A stretch of DNA of 64,000 nt, taken from the NCBI GenBank assembly GCA_026936335.1, contig JAPMXV010000024.1, forward strand, positions 1-64,000. The letters run 5' to 3'. Position 1 is the stretch's first letter. Every line of letters begins with the position of its first letter. The translations under genes and the position numbers were made by a program. This stretch comes from Mantamonas sphyraenae STR306 (taxonomy: Eukaryota; Protista; CRuMs). Positions 33,131 to 45,342 of this stretch are shown one piece after another. Below the pieces are notes generated by a model, which saw only the letters and a list, made by a program, of their open reading frames with translations, had not been told where the DNA came from and did not search any database.

Positions 33131-36100
33131 ATGAGCAGCAGCACAGCGCCTGCAACGGCCATTGACACGGCAGGACGCTCGCATTCACACCTCACCGCGC
33201 TGAGCAGCGAGCAGAAACGCAAGATCCTGATCTTGTCCTTTGCCCGCCGTGCGCTCACACACATGGAGGACCTCGATGAGTTTTCCAACCTGCAGGAGCT
33301 GTTTCTCGACCACAACGCCATCCGACACATCACCAAGCTGCCCGAGTCTCTCGAGGTGCTCTCCCTGCAATACAACAGGTGAGCCAATAGGCGTCCACGG
33401 ATTTTTCGAGCGCCGCCATCACTCACACACGCGGCCCGGTTCCGCCGCCACCCACATACACAGCCTTTCGGAGCTGGATACCATCGACCAAACAAACTTG
33501 AAGGATTTGCGACTGGATTGGAACCAGATCGAGACTTTGCACGCAAGTAAGTGGGCCAAAGGGGCGAGAAGCGCGCGAAATGAGGCAAACGGCTAACCCC
33601 GGCCACACCTGCACACACACGCAGATGCATTCAAGGTATGCGGTGGCTCCTTGAAGAGCCTCAGCCTGTCACATAACGAGGTGCGCAGTCTGGCAGCCAT
33701 GGCCCATTGCAGTGCCCTGGAGGCGCTGGATGTGTCGTACAACGAGCTGGACGAGATCGAAGCGGTGCCCGGCATGGAATCGCTGGTGGATTTGGATGTG
33801 TCGCACAACTCGGTGCGCATGTTGGGTCCGTCATTGGGCATGTACCCCGTGCTGGTGCAGCTCAACGCAGCCTTCAATGGTCTGCGAGAGATCGTCCTGA
33901 CACAGGAGCAGTACAGCGTGGACACACTGGTACTGAACCACAACGAACTCACCTCGGTGGCAGGCCTGGACATGTTTCCCTCGCTCACTTCGCTGGACCT
34001 GGATTACAACCGAGTGCAGACGTTTGAAGGCTGGCAAGAAGCGCTGCAGAACGTGCGCCGGCTCAGCCTGGCCGAGAACGGCCTGCAGTCGTTTGACACG
34101 GAACTGCAGGAACACGAAGAGGAGGATGCCATGGCCTCTGTGCCCGAACTCTTCTTGCTGGAGGAGATCAACGTGAGCGGCAACCAACTGGAAACCACCG
34201 TGCACTTTGGCGCCTGTGGCAACTTGCGCGCCCTCTACGCTGCCAACAACATCATCTACGACCTTCAAGGCTTGAATTCATGCCTTGCTCTGCTGCACCT
34301 TGACCTGAATGGCAACAGCGTGGCGGGAGACTCGCTTGCCGAGCCCCTGCGCCTTACTCGGTTGCACACCCTGCTCCTGTGCAACAATGCGATCGAGGAC
34401 ATGGATGCTCTTGTGCAGTTTATCCAACCTCTGGAGCATCTGAGACGGTTGGACTTGCGTGGGAATCCCGTGACGTGGTTTTACACAGACGTGGCACCCG
34501 GCTCGGCCAACACGGTGCTGGAGGACGACGACATGTTTGCAGGCATCCAAGAGTACAACGAACGCATTGGCAGGGACCAAGAAGACGATGCCTACGACGC
34601 ACGTATGCGCTACCGGATGTTGATGTTGAACAAACTGGGCCACCACCTGCAGCTGCTGGACCACATCCGTGTCAACGACGAAGAGGTGTTCATGAGCCAG
34701 GACGACACACACACAAGCTACTTTGGCCAGACGGGCAAGGGCCCATGGCCGGCAGCCGGACAGAGCACGGCAGGGATGAGCGACAACGACAACGAAATGG
34801 GTGGTGGTGGACGCTCCACCCCGGAACCCACACACGGTGACAGCGACAGCAGCAGCCACAGCGAGCACGAAGACGGACACTATGGAGGACACAGCAGTCA
34901 CAGAAGCAGCTCAGACGATGACGGTGGGGCATATATGAGCGCAGAGGAAACACAACCGCGTGCGGGTGGCAGTCGGTCCACTACGAGTGGCGGACTGGGA
35001 CTGGCACAAGCAATTCAGGGACGCAACAGCCGCATGGAGAGCGAAGATGGTCCGCCGCCAACGGTGGAGAGCAGCGACGAGTCGTCGGACGACCAAGGAT
35101 CTGGCAGCGGGGCGACAGGTCGCATCAGACGATCGCAACAGCCGCGAGGCATGTCGACGTTGCAACCAGTGGTAGAGGTATCATCGGGCGAAGAAGGGGA
35201 CTCGTCGGCACCGCCGAGCGGTGAGTCCAGCAGTGAAGAGGAGAGCGACGCGGATGCACAGGTGCACACGGGAGCGGGCGCAACCCCCGCAACAGCACAA
35301 ATGGTCCAATCGCCCGGGCCCACCGCAGGGGCAGCGCGATCGTTCTGGAAACACGTCGAGACGGGCGAGTTTGACGAGTCCAACGAAGGCAGGGCGAAGC
35401 GGCTGAGCGTGGAGTTTGAGGAAGGATTTGTGGCCAAGGAGGTGGACGGCCTGGAGCGAAAGCGTGCAGCGTCGCTCGTGGAACCGGAAGTGGAACGCAC
35501 TGGCAAGGTTTTTCAGGTCAAAACGGGTAGGACGGGCAGTGGAGATAGTGCTCCGCCGAGCGTTGTGTCCGACAGCGAGAGCGAAGCCGAGTCGATGCAC
35601 GGGACGACCACAACAACGGCAACTATGGCTTCCAGGGGAACAACTGCGGGCGCTCAAGTTGGTGCCAGCAGGGGACGTGTGCATAGCCAGGGGAGTGCAC
35701 CGCCGAGTGTTGCCTCGGATTCCGAGAGCGAAGCTGAGGCAACCGCCGCTGCTGCAAGCACACGCCGCATGGAGACTGTGAAAGAACAGGACACACGACG
35801 CCAGAGCATGGACTCGATGCCTCCCAGCGTGGCTTCTGAGAGCGAAAGCGAGGTCGAGTCTGTGGGCAGCAAGCACCGCCAGAAAGCAAACCTGTCGATG
35901 ACTACAGCAGCAGGAGCCAGAGCGCGGTTGCACAGTCAGGGCAGTGCGCCGCCAAGCATCGCATCCGAGGATTCCGAGGGCGAGGTTGAGACAACCGCCG
36001 CTGCAGCAAGCACACGTCGCATGGAGACTGTGAGAGAACAGGACACACGACGCCAGAGCATGGACTCAATGCCTCCCAGCGTGGCTTCTGAGAGCGAAAG

Positions 36101-39100
36101 CGAAGTGGGATCTGTGGGAAGCAAGGCACAGCGTAGCCGCTTGCACAGCCAGGGCAGCGCGCCGCCAAGCATCGCATCCGAGGACTCCGAGGGCGAGGGT
36201 GAGGCAACCGCCGCTGCAGCAAGCACACGCCGCATGGAGACGGTGAGAGAACAGGACACACGACGCCAGAGCATGGACTCGATGCCTCCCAGCGTGGCTT
36301 CTGAGAGCGAAAGCGAGGTCGAGTCTGTGGGCAGCAAGCACCGCCAGAAAGCAAACCTGTCGATGACTACAGCAGCAGGAGCCAGAGCGCGCTTGCACAG
36401 TCAGGGCAGTGCGCCGCCAAGCATCGCATCCGAGGATTCCGAGAGCGAGGTTGAGACAACCGCCGCTGGCGCCGCCAAGCATCGCATCCGAGGATTCCGA
36501 GAGCGAGGTTGAGACAACCGCCGCTGCAGCAAGCACGCGTCGCATGGAGACTGTGAAAGAACAGGACACACGACGCCAAAGCATGGACTCGATGCCTCCC
36601 AGCGTGGCTTCTGAGAGCGAAAGCGACGTGGGATCTGTGGGAAGCAAGGCACAGCGTAGCCGCTTGCACAGCCAGGGCAGCGCACCGCCGAGTGTCGCAT
36701 CGGAAGATTCGGAAAGCGAAGTGGATGCAAGTGCCAAAGCAGCCACAGCTCGCATGGAGACGGTGAAAGAAGAGGACACACGTCGTCAAAGCATGGACTC
36801 GATGCCTCCTAGCGTCGCCTCTGAGAGTGAAAGCGACGTGGGATCAGTTGGCAACAACAAGACACGCAACGGTGCAGGACAGCGCAGCCGCTTGCAAAGC
36901 CAGGGCAGCGCGCCTCCGAGTGTCGCGTCGGACTCGGACAGCGACAAGGAGGAGTCACAGGAACGCAACCAGCACACCGATTCGGTCAAGGAGCAAGACG
37001 CACGCAGGTTCAGCATGGACTCAAAGCCACCGAGTGTACCGTCAGACAGCGAAAGCGACGCCACAGGGCCTCGCAGCAGCGGTGGGGATTGGATGGATGC
37101 CAAGCCGCCGTCGCTGTCAGACAGCACAAAGTCCACGTCGACGTCGGGCTCGTCGGCAACCGGCATGCGCAAGAAGATGGCATTACGTGCAGGAGGTGAT
37201 TGGATGGATGCGGACATGACCCAGGCAACCGATTCGTCGACAGATTCGTCGGCGGTGGCACAGCAATCACCCGGGCCGACAGCGGGCGCAGCACGCTCCT
37301 TTTGGAAACACCGGGAGGCCGGTGAGTATGACGACGAGCCAAAAGAACGCCAACGCCTTTCGATGGAGCTTGAAGAGGGCTATGTGGCACACGAGGTGGA
37401 CGGTCTGGAACGCAAGCGTGCCGAATCGATGCAAGGTCCACAGATCCAACGCACAGGCAAAACATTCCAGGTGGCACCGCAGCAGGGGGGCTTGGAGCGG
37501 GATGAAGGCGCCACGGGAGACAAAGGCATGCACACACCGCAACGGTCGGCAGGGCAAGCCCTTGTGGATCCTTTTGCCAAGTACACCCACACTGCGTTTG
37601 ACAACATCGACGACGTGACGACGCAGAACGACTTTACAACCGACCAGACGGGCATGCGTCGCAATGGACCACGCACGGGGACCTCAACAACTGCGGACGA
37701 CCTGTTTGCAGACCCGCAAGAGGTATTGGGTGTCCAGTCGACGAAACTGTCGGCTGCTGTCGACTCGATGCTCAGCAACGCTTCTGCGGACAGAACCATG
37801 TCTTCGAGTGAGCTGACGCCGAAGCAGCAGCAGCAGCAGCAACAGAAGCAACAGCGTGGCACACGCGTGCTGGATCCCACGGCATCAGATCTGCTGGTAG
37901 CTCGACCCAAAGAGTATGCGCCCCAGAGAATGGTGCGTGGTGATCAACAGGAGGATGAGGGACCCAAGAAGCGGTCGCGTGGGATGCAAACATCGCCAGT
38001 GAGCCTGGGCAAGCTGGAAGAAGTGGGCATCCTCAGCGAAGAGGCGCAGGCACACTTGCACGCACTGATGGAGCGGGAAAACAGAAGGTTGGCACGCAAG
38101 GCCATGGCGACGGGAGGCAGCCCCAGCAGCGAGTTTAGCAGCGGCAGCGATCCGTCGCTGCCAGGGCAGACCACCAAGTACATCGGACCGCAGAAGAAGA
38201 AGGAGGGCACAGAGGACAGGAGAAAGCAGCAGCAACAGCGACAACAGACACTGTCTCCCACCAGCACGGAAAGAGAGATGCAACGTGAGCTGCAGCGCAT
38301 GCGAGAGATGAGCGCACAGGCTGCACGTGAGCTCAAGGCTGCCCAGCATCTGGCCGCTTCAGCAGCCGCCAATGCCGCTCAACAGCAGCAGTCCTCGAGT
38401 GTGGCAAACGCAGAGAATGTGAATGTGACGCAGCAACAAGGGCAGCAGACGCTGAGTTTGGGACAGCCTTTCCCGCACAAGTGGAACGACAACGAACGCA
38501 TCAGCGACGTGGTCAAGGCAGCAACGTGGAGCAACTTTTCAGGGGTGCACAGTGACAAGCGAACAATCAACGCATACTACGTGGTGCCGCCCACGGTGGT
38601 GAACATGATCCAAACGCAGGAGATGGTATTGGAGTCGGTGGCACACAAGAAGCTCACACGACAATTCCTGGAGCTGTCCCTGCTGACGGGCAACCGTCTT
38701 TCTGACGGCATTGTGCCCACCGAGCGGGAGCTGACGCGCGTGGATCAGCAGCTGCTTGAGCAGCACGCCTCGGCGTTGGGTGGCGAAGCCTTTTGGCTGC
38801 CCATGGACAAGCAGAGCATCCAGGAACGGGTCAAGGCTGACCGCAAAGCACGCGCGGAGGGTCGTCGCGGAGCAGGCGACTACGAACCTGCCCCGTTGAC
38901 CAACATGTTTGGTCTGGAGCCCAACGCACGGGTGCAGGCGCTGTACAAGCGCAGCAGCCAGCGCAGCGCGTCGATCCGAAGGAAACACCGGGAGCAGAGC
39001 GAAGCACACATGGACGCACAGCGCAGGCGCATGCAGCGGCTGCTGGATGTGGCGGAGGAGCGAGAGAAGAGGCAGCGCGCAGCACGACGCAAGCGAGCGA

Positions 39101-41577
39101 CGCTCGAGGAGCTGGAAATGCGCAAGGCACAGAAAGAGGCGGCTGTGCATGCGTTGGGTCACATGAACGCGGAGCGGCTGCTGGCGGAGCGTACACGCAG
39201 CAAAAAGGGCATGAGCAAGAAGGAGAAGAAACTGATGCGGCAGCAGCGGCGAGCGGCGAAGAAGCGTGCCGCCCTTGAGATGGAGATGCAAGCACGCGCG
39301 GTGCGGTCGCAGGTGTTGCATGCATCGCCTGTCAAGCAAGCAGAAACGGGTGTGTCAGGTCGTCGTCGAGTGAGCAGCAAGGCACACCGCGGCGGCGGAG
39401 GAGGAGGCGGTGTGAGCCGCAAGCACCACCAAGAACAGCAACCGCACACACACAAATCACACAAACAGAGCAAACAGGACACGTCCCACTTTAAACCCAC
39501 GCAGCCGGTGTCGCTGTCGCAACGGCTCAAGGAGCTGACCTCGATGCTGGAGGATGAGGGAGGCGAGCGAGGTGCAATGTCCTCGTCCTCGTCCTCGTCA
39601 TCGCGTGCCAAGCAGAGGAAGCTGGAGACGGAAAAGAGACGCAAGGCAAAGGATGACGCATCCAGGGACCGTGGCCGCGGTGAAGAGAGCGATGTGCGCA
39701 CGAGAGGAGGCGACGTACACAAGGGTGACCCCAGCAACCACCGCACCCGCGGCGTGTTGGACAGTACCCTCAACTCCAAGGGACGGAAACGATTGGAAGA
39801 GCTGCGTGCTGCGCTTGGGGACAACCGTACAACACGCAAGGCAATGGAAGAGTCCGACGACAATGACGACGACGACGACGACGATGTTGATGAGAACGAG
39901 AGCGCAGCCAGCGCCAAATCGGAGCAGCAAAAGGTGGTCCATCGCAGCGAATCGCACGATCTGGATTTGTACCAGACACGCAGCCATGGGTTGATGCACA
40001 CCAAGTCGCCACGCGGCCGAGCACGTTCGAGCTCGGAAAACGACGCTGGGTTGCATTCGATCCTGAAAAACTCGCGGCTGCACGCAATCCGCTCCAACGG
40101 GGGCCGGCGAGGCAGCAACGAGAGCGACCCTGGGGCCGAGCGACCACGCGTGTCGTTTACGGATCACGATTTTACGCGCATCATTCGCTACTCACGCCAG
40201 GAAGCCGAGGAGAAGCGTGCAGCCGCAGAGGCCAGCGAACACCTGCCCAGCCCCCGAGGAGGGTTGCACTCTGTACGCGTGCGCAGCAACAAGCGATACA
40301 CGGAGGAAGCATTTCCGGGGGGCGCCGCGTATGACAGTCCTCCCCGCAGCGTGGGCTCCGACTCAAGCCACGGCAGCAGCCACGGCAGCGTGGTTTCCAA
40401 GGGCAAAGGAGGACGCACGGAGCTTCAGTCGCTGTTTGGATCCATCATGGAAGAGGAGGAGCCCGAAGGGGGCTCGTCATCGTCTGCTGTGCCGAAGCTC
40501 AGTCTCGATGCGATCCGCGCCCACAGTGCCAAGGTGGAGGCCGAGGCTGAGGCCCAACGACGCATGGAAATGCTGGAAGAGACGATGCAGATGGTGGTCA
40601 AGTGTGCCCAAATCGAACCGACCCAACCGGTGGTGTCCACCAAGCAGGGGGCCCTCATCAAGAACCTGGACTTGGACGATCCGGAGCGACAGGCGGTGTG
40701 CAAGATTGTGGACCACCAGAACGCGTGGCAACAGCAACAGCCACAGCAGAGCCAGACGCGACAGATGCATACGTACACAGTCAATCTTGTGTGCCGTGCG
40801 TACCGCGAAAGCGACGTACACCGTCTGCAGGACGAGATCGAGGCGGACGACGAAGCCGGCCCGCTGCGCATGCTCGTGCACGCCAGTCAGGACCCTGGCG
40901 TGTTGACGCAACTCATGTACCATGGCTTTGACTACTACACCCAACAGGAGGAGGCACTGGCAGATGGAGGGCTTCCCGTCAACCAGATGCTGTTTGGCAC
41001 GGATGTGTCGTACCTGGACGCCTTTGTCGACGCCAAGGCCGGCACTGTGACAGGCAAGCAACGCATGGTGCTGTCTCTGGTGCACTTGGGCAAGTGGACT
41101 GCAACCCTGCAGCCTCGTGCTCGCGTCCTTGAGCGCTACGCTTGGTTTGCAGCAAGGCCGCAAGCACTCAAGCGCCTGTTGTCCCGTGGTGTGGAGCTCC
41201 CGGCCAGTGTGAGCGAAGGCGTCGAAGGAGAGGATGAGGATGATCAGCAGCAGCAGGTGACCGAGGCTCAGTTTAGCGAACAGGTGGAGATTGATCTGCT
41301 TGTGCGCAGCTTGTACCGTGGAGACATCCAGGCGGTTGCCTTCACCAAGGACGAAGCACTGGTGAATGCACCTCCACAAGACGAGTCGGAATCGTCGTCG
41401 TCGTCGACGATGGCCAAGGTGCGTGGTACAGATGTCGGGTACACTGGTGAGGATCGCGAATCGCCCCTGACGACAAGCACCATGCGCACCCACGAGTACG
41501 ATCCGAGTCTGGTGTTCTTTGTGCCCGACTCTACGCGTGTGGTTGCATCGTATCTGGTTGAATTGCTTGTGGTGTGA
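33131..41577 (+). CDS. Giant LRR protein: SDS22-like LRRs, Ser/Glu-rich repeats, coiled coil, degenerate PARP-like C-terminal domain; introns 33379-33463 and 33547-33624; frame broken by a 58-bp duplication
   Basis: LxxLxLxxN repeats and LRR cap (LDLRGNPV...YRMLML...LQLLDH). ORFs 33651..36512 and 36409..41577 share the same repeats and join in frame if one 58-bp copy is removed. Confidence 0.8.
35540..37110 (+). repeat. Coding tandem repeats (SQGSAPPS[IV]ASEDSE / RRQSMDSMPPSVASESESE units)
   Basis: Near-identical DNA units of roughly 240-ish bp, alternating two PPS-x-AS-acidic motifs. Confidence 0.9.
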
Positions 41578-41615
41578 AGAGGTGGGAAGGAAACGAACGA
41601 TTGATCATTCATCCT

Positions 41616-42629
41616 TTACTCGTCGTCACGACGCCAACAACAATCTTGTGATTGCTGTCGAATGTGCCATTGCTTCGCATTTCGATGGCCAGTGCTGTAC
41701 AGGTTGTTCATCTGGTCGACGTTTGGGGGAAAGGCAGAGAAGAGCAGGGTGGACATGTTCTGTGCGTTGAGGGCAATGCCACGCACACGCAACCAGTTGC
41801 TGGGGCTCCACGCGTGCTTGCGGTTGCGTGTGTTGAACTCTTCGTCTTGGTATGGGTCCGGATCATGCAGGGGACAGATGTCAAACTTGCCCGAGAAAGG
41901 ACTGACCAGCACGGTGGACGCGTCGAGCGCCGGAAAGTTGTCCGTGAACCCGCCATCCACGTAATGAGTGTGGCCACGAAAGGGCCACCTGCCATTTCCT
42001 GTATATCCCGGGATAAACGCAGACGTGACCACGGCGTCAATGAGATCCGACTTGCTGTAAAACTCGCTCACGCGCTCGTTGCGAGGACGGACGATCCCGG
42101 TGCTGGTGGACACCGGGTTGGGCACAGCAGGCATCTGCAGACTGGTCAGTGCCACATGTAGACGCCCATTGGCACGTACGTGCGCATCGTCAGGCAGCAA
42201 ACTCTTCAGCGCTTCGGCCAGCACCGCGCTTAGTTGGAACTCCACGAAACTTCGGCGAATCGACGGAAGTTTGCTCATCCACTGGTCCTGTGGGACTCCT
42301 TCCAACTGTCGATTGCGACTCTCGTGTAGCTGCTCAGCCATGTGCAGGAAGAGCCCCTTGGCTCGCCCCAGGTCCGAGTTGGAGGACATCAGCGTCGCCA
42401 CAATCGCCCCGATGCTTGCTCCCAGGAACTGCGCACCATCCAACTCCTCGGTGCTGAAGGTGTCCCTGAGAAACTGCGCCACACCCAAGTGGTACATGCC
42501 AGCAAAGCCTCCACCGCAGAACGACACACTCGGCGGCATGGCAACTCTTGCCAGCTTTCCGGGTCGGGACATGCAGAGAGTTGGGTTGGGCAAACTCACG
42601 CCAAGCCAGGAGCGTGTGGGGGAAGACAT
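41616..42629 (-). CDS. Patatin-like phospholipase/triacylglycerol lipase (PNPLA2/ATGL-like)
   Basis: SFCGGGFAGMYHLGV, GASIG nucleophile elbow, SAFIPGY, YVDGG; start codon uncertain. Confidence 0.88.
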   Translation of the reverse strand: MSSPTRSWLGVSLPNPTLCMSRPGKLARVAMPPSVSFCGGGFAGMYHLGVAQFLRDTFSTEELDGAQFLGASIGAIVATLMSSNSDLGRAKGLFLHMAEQLHESRNRQLEGVPQDQWMSKLPSIRRSFVEFQLSAVLAEALKSLLPDDAHVRANGRLHVALTSLQMPAVPNPVSTSTGIVRPRNERVSEFYSKSDLIDAVVTSAFIPGYTGNGRWPFRGHTHYVDGGFTDNFPALDASTVLVSPFSGKFDICPLHDPDPYQDEEFNTRNRKHAWSPSNWLRVRGIALNAQNMSTLLFSAFPPNVDQMNNLYSTGHRNAKQWHIRQQSQDCCWRRDDE

Positions 42630-42818
42630 CTGACAAGGATGGCACGTGAGGCAGGAGTGTGTGCGAAGTGGAGGAGGATGTGGAGGAGGAGGTTGAAACG
42701 CACAGGGAAAAGGACAATGGACAATGAACAACAATTGCCATCCATTCAATGTGATTCTGCCCATGTGTTCTCCCCACAAGGTCACACAAGGCCATGAGCA
42801 GAGTCGTGTTTTCAACGA

Positions 42819-45211
42819 TCACGAGCTGTTTCCAGCTCCGCTCTTCTCTTCCATGGCTTCCAGGATGGGGGCTTTCCTTGCGTCGTAGGCCTTGACAATC
42901 TCCTGGGTAACCTTGTTGAGCTCCTTCTGCATCTGACGATCCATGAGGGCCAGGAAGCGCTCGAGTTCGGACACCGAGAAAGCCGAGTAGTTCTTGTCCT
43001 TGTGCTTGGCTGCCTTCTTCTCTGCCTCCAGGTTGATCAAGTCCATGAATGCAGGACGGTACTCCCCATCCTTCTGTGCCTTGTCTGTCGCATTGCGCTT
43101 CGACGTCGACTCTGTGGTGAGCGGGTGCATCGCAGCATCTGTGTCAGCAAATCAACAAGTCCATCCCCCCCCCTCTCCTCATTCCCCCTTCCGCCCCCAA
43201 TTCCCCAATTGCTGTCCCCTTCTTCACACCCGATCACGTACGCTGAACCATGGTGCCACTCTCATAGTCGTCGTCGTCCTCGTCGTCCTCGTCATCCTTG
43301 GTGACCACCATGGTACCTGACATGACCATGGTACCCGAGTCATACTCGTCGTCTTCTTCATCCGAGTCGTCTCCACCGCCTCCTCCGCCACCCTTGGTGA
43401 CCACCATGGTGCCCGAGTTCATGACCATGGTGCCCGAATCAAACTCGTCCTCGTCCTCCGACGAGTCATCGTCACCTGCCTGGAACACCGTCGTGCCAAA
43501 ATTGTTCTTGGCCGTCAGATACGAGTCTCCTTCGTCGCCTTCGTCGCCCTCCTCGTCGTCCTGGTTCTCACGCGCCTCCAGGTAGTCCAACACCAGCTCG
43601 CTCAAGATGCCCGGTCCCTTGGCATTCACGATGAACGGGTGCTTCAACATCTCCGACGCCGTCGGACGCTCGTTCATGTCCTTTGTCAGACACTTGGCGA
43701 TAAAGTCGTTGAACTCGTCGCTCCAGTTGTCTGGCTTGCTCAACGTCGGCGGATCCTGCGTGGGGATCACAAAAATCGCTCGCATCGGATGCAGGTTCGA
43801 GTTGGGTGGCCGTCCCTCTGCCATTTCAATGCACGTGATACCCAACGACCAAATGTCCGCCCGCTGGTCGTACCCACTCTCACGAATCACTTCGGGCGCC
43901 TGCATCAACATTCAACAACAATTTGGGATTTTGGGTTTCGTCCTCGTCAGCAAGCCACATGGTGTGTGCACACAACGCAACAAGGGAACAAAGGAAACGG
44001 GGGGAGGGCAGGCAAGGGGAACGGGGGGGGGGCTAACGAGGGACGGTTCCTTACCATCCAGTACGGTGTGCCAATCACCGTGTTGCGCTTGGCCATCGTC
44101 TGTGTCAGCTGCCCGCTGACGCCAAAGTCCGCTGTGTTTGTGTCCCCGTGTCAGCTTCCACAGAGTCTACATGCTCACGAAACGGGTCTGTGTCCATGGT
44201 TGCGGTGTGGTGCAGTGCATGTGCGTGTTCACGTGCAACTTCTGTGGGTGCTGCGTGTGCAGAGCCGCACTCCAGTGCAGTGGGCCTCTTGGAAAATGGA
44301 AATCGGCGCGTGGAAAACCCACCGAGTTTGCAGACGCCATTGGAGTTGACTAGAACGTTGCCGGCTTTGATGTCACGATGGATTTTGTTCTGGTCATGGA
44401 TGTACTTGAGGCCTGAGGTGGGGTGGGATGCACATGGGACGTGTGTGAGCGACAGGGCGTCTCTGACCAAAAAGGGCGGCCCCCTTCTGTGTTGTGTGTT
44501 TGGCTCAGCTCCTTACCCTCCAACGTCATTTTCATGATCGACCCAATCTGGATCTCTGCCAACGTGATCTCGCATGTGGACATCATGTCCTGCACCGAGC
44601 CTCCGCCACACAGTTCCATGGCAATCTGTGGGGCGTGTGTGTCCCTCTCTGCGTCAGTGGTGCCCGCCGGAAGAAAGAGCCCTCGGGCGCGCCTCCCATT
44701 CCACCTCGTCGCCTTCCAGCCCCCGCCAACGCCCGTCTGAAGCCTCCCTCTCGCCCATTCCTTTTCCCATGTGTCTACACGCCACTGCTGCATGCCACGG
44801 CGTATGACGACATGCCTGTGTCTGCGCATGGGTGCGCTGACGGACGGAAAACGGCAAGGCGAGGCAGCCGTCCGCGAACTAAAAAGTTCGTCCTTGCGGC
44901 TCGAGGCAAGGGGGGGGGGGGATGATGGGGGGAAGAGAGTGGGTGTGTGTGTGTGTGATGTAACGTACCCAAAGGTTGTCGCCCTTGAAGTGGCACCCAA
45001 AGTATTTGACAATGTTGTCGTGGGACAGTTGCTTCATGAAGTTGATCTCTTTGATGATGTCCTCAAACTCGTCGATCTCGATGGCCACTTCCTTGATGGC
45101 CACCATCTCGTTTGTCTTTTTCACCACCGCTTTGTACACTGCTCCATACGAGCCCTCGCCGAGCTTGTCCATGATCGTGTACAGCGTCGTGGGATCCTCC
45201 TCAGAAGTCAT
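42819..45211 (-). CDS. STE20 kinase MST1/2 (Hippo) orthologue with C-terminal SARAH domain, about 6 exons
   Basis: [60 protein letters not shown]; SARAH-like [20 protein letters not shown]...[15 protein letters not shown]. Confidence 0.9.
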
Positions 45212-45342
45212 CTTCGTCACGCGTGTGTGTCTGTGTGTGGGGTCGTTTCCTTTTGGCCCGCAATCGCACCGCACTGCACCCGCACACACTCCACTTTGTG
45301 CCACTCTGTCATTCTCCCCCCACACTCTCTCTCTCACTGCCC

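Noticed and set aside
35540-37110. Repeat array as CRISPR or mobile element
   Set aside because: In-frame coding repeats with synonymous variation inside a eukaryotic gene.
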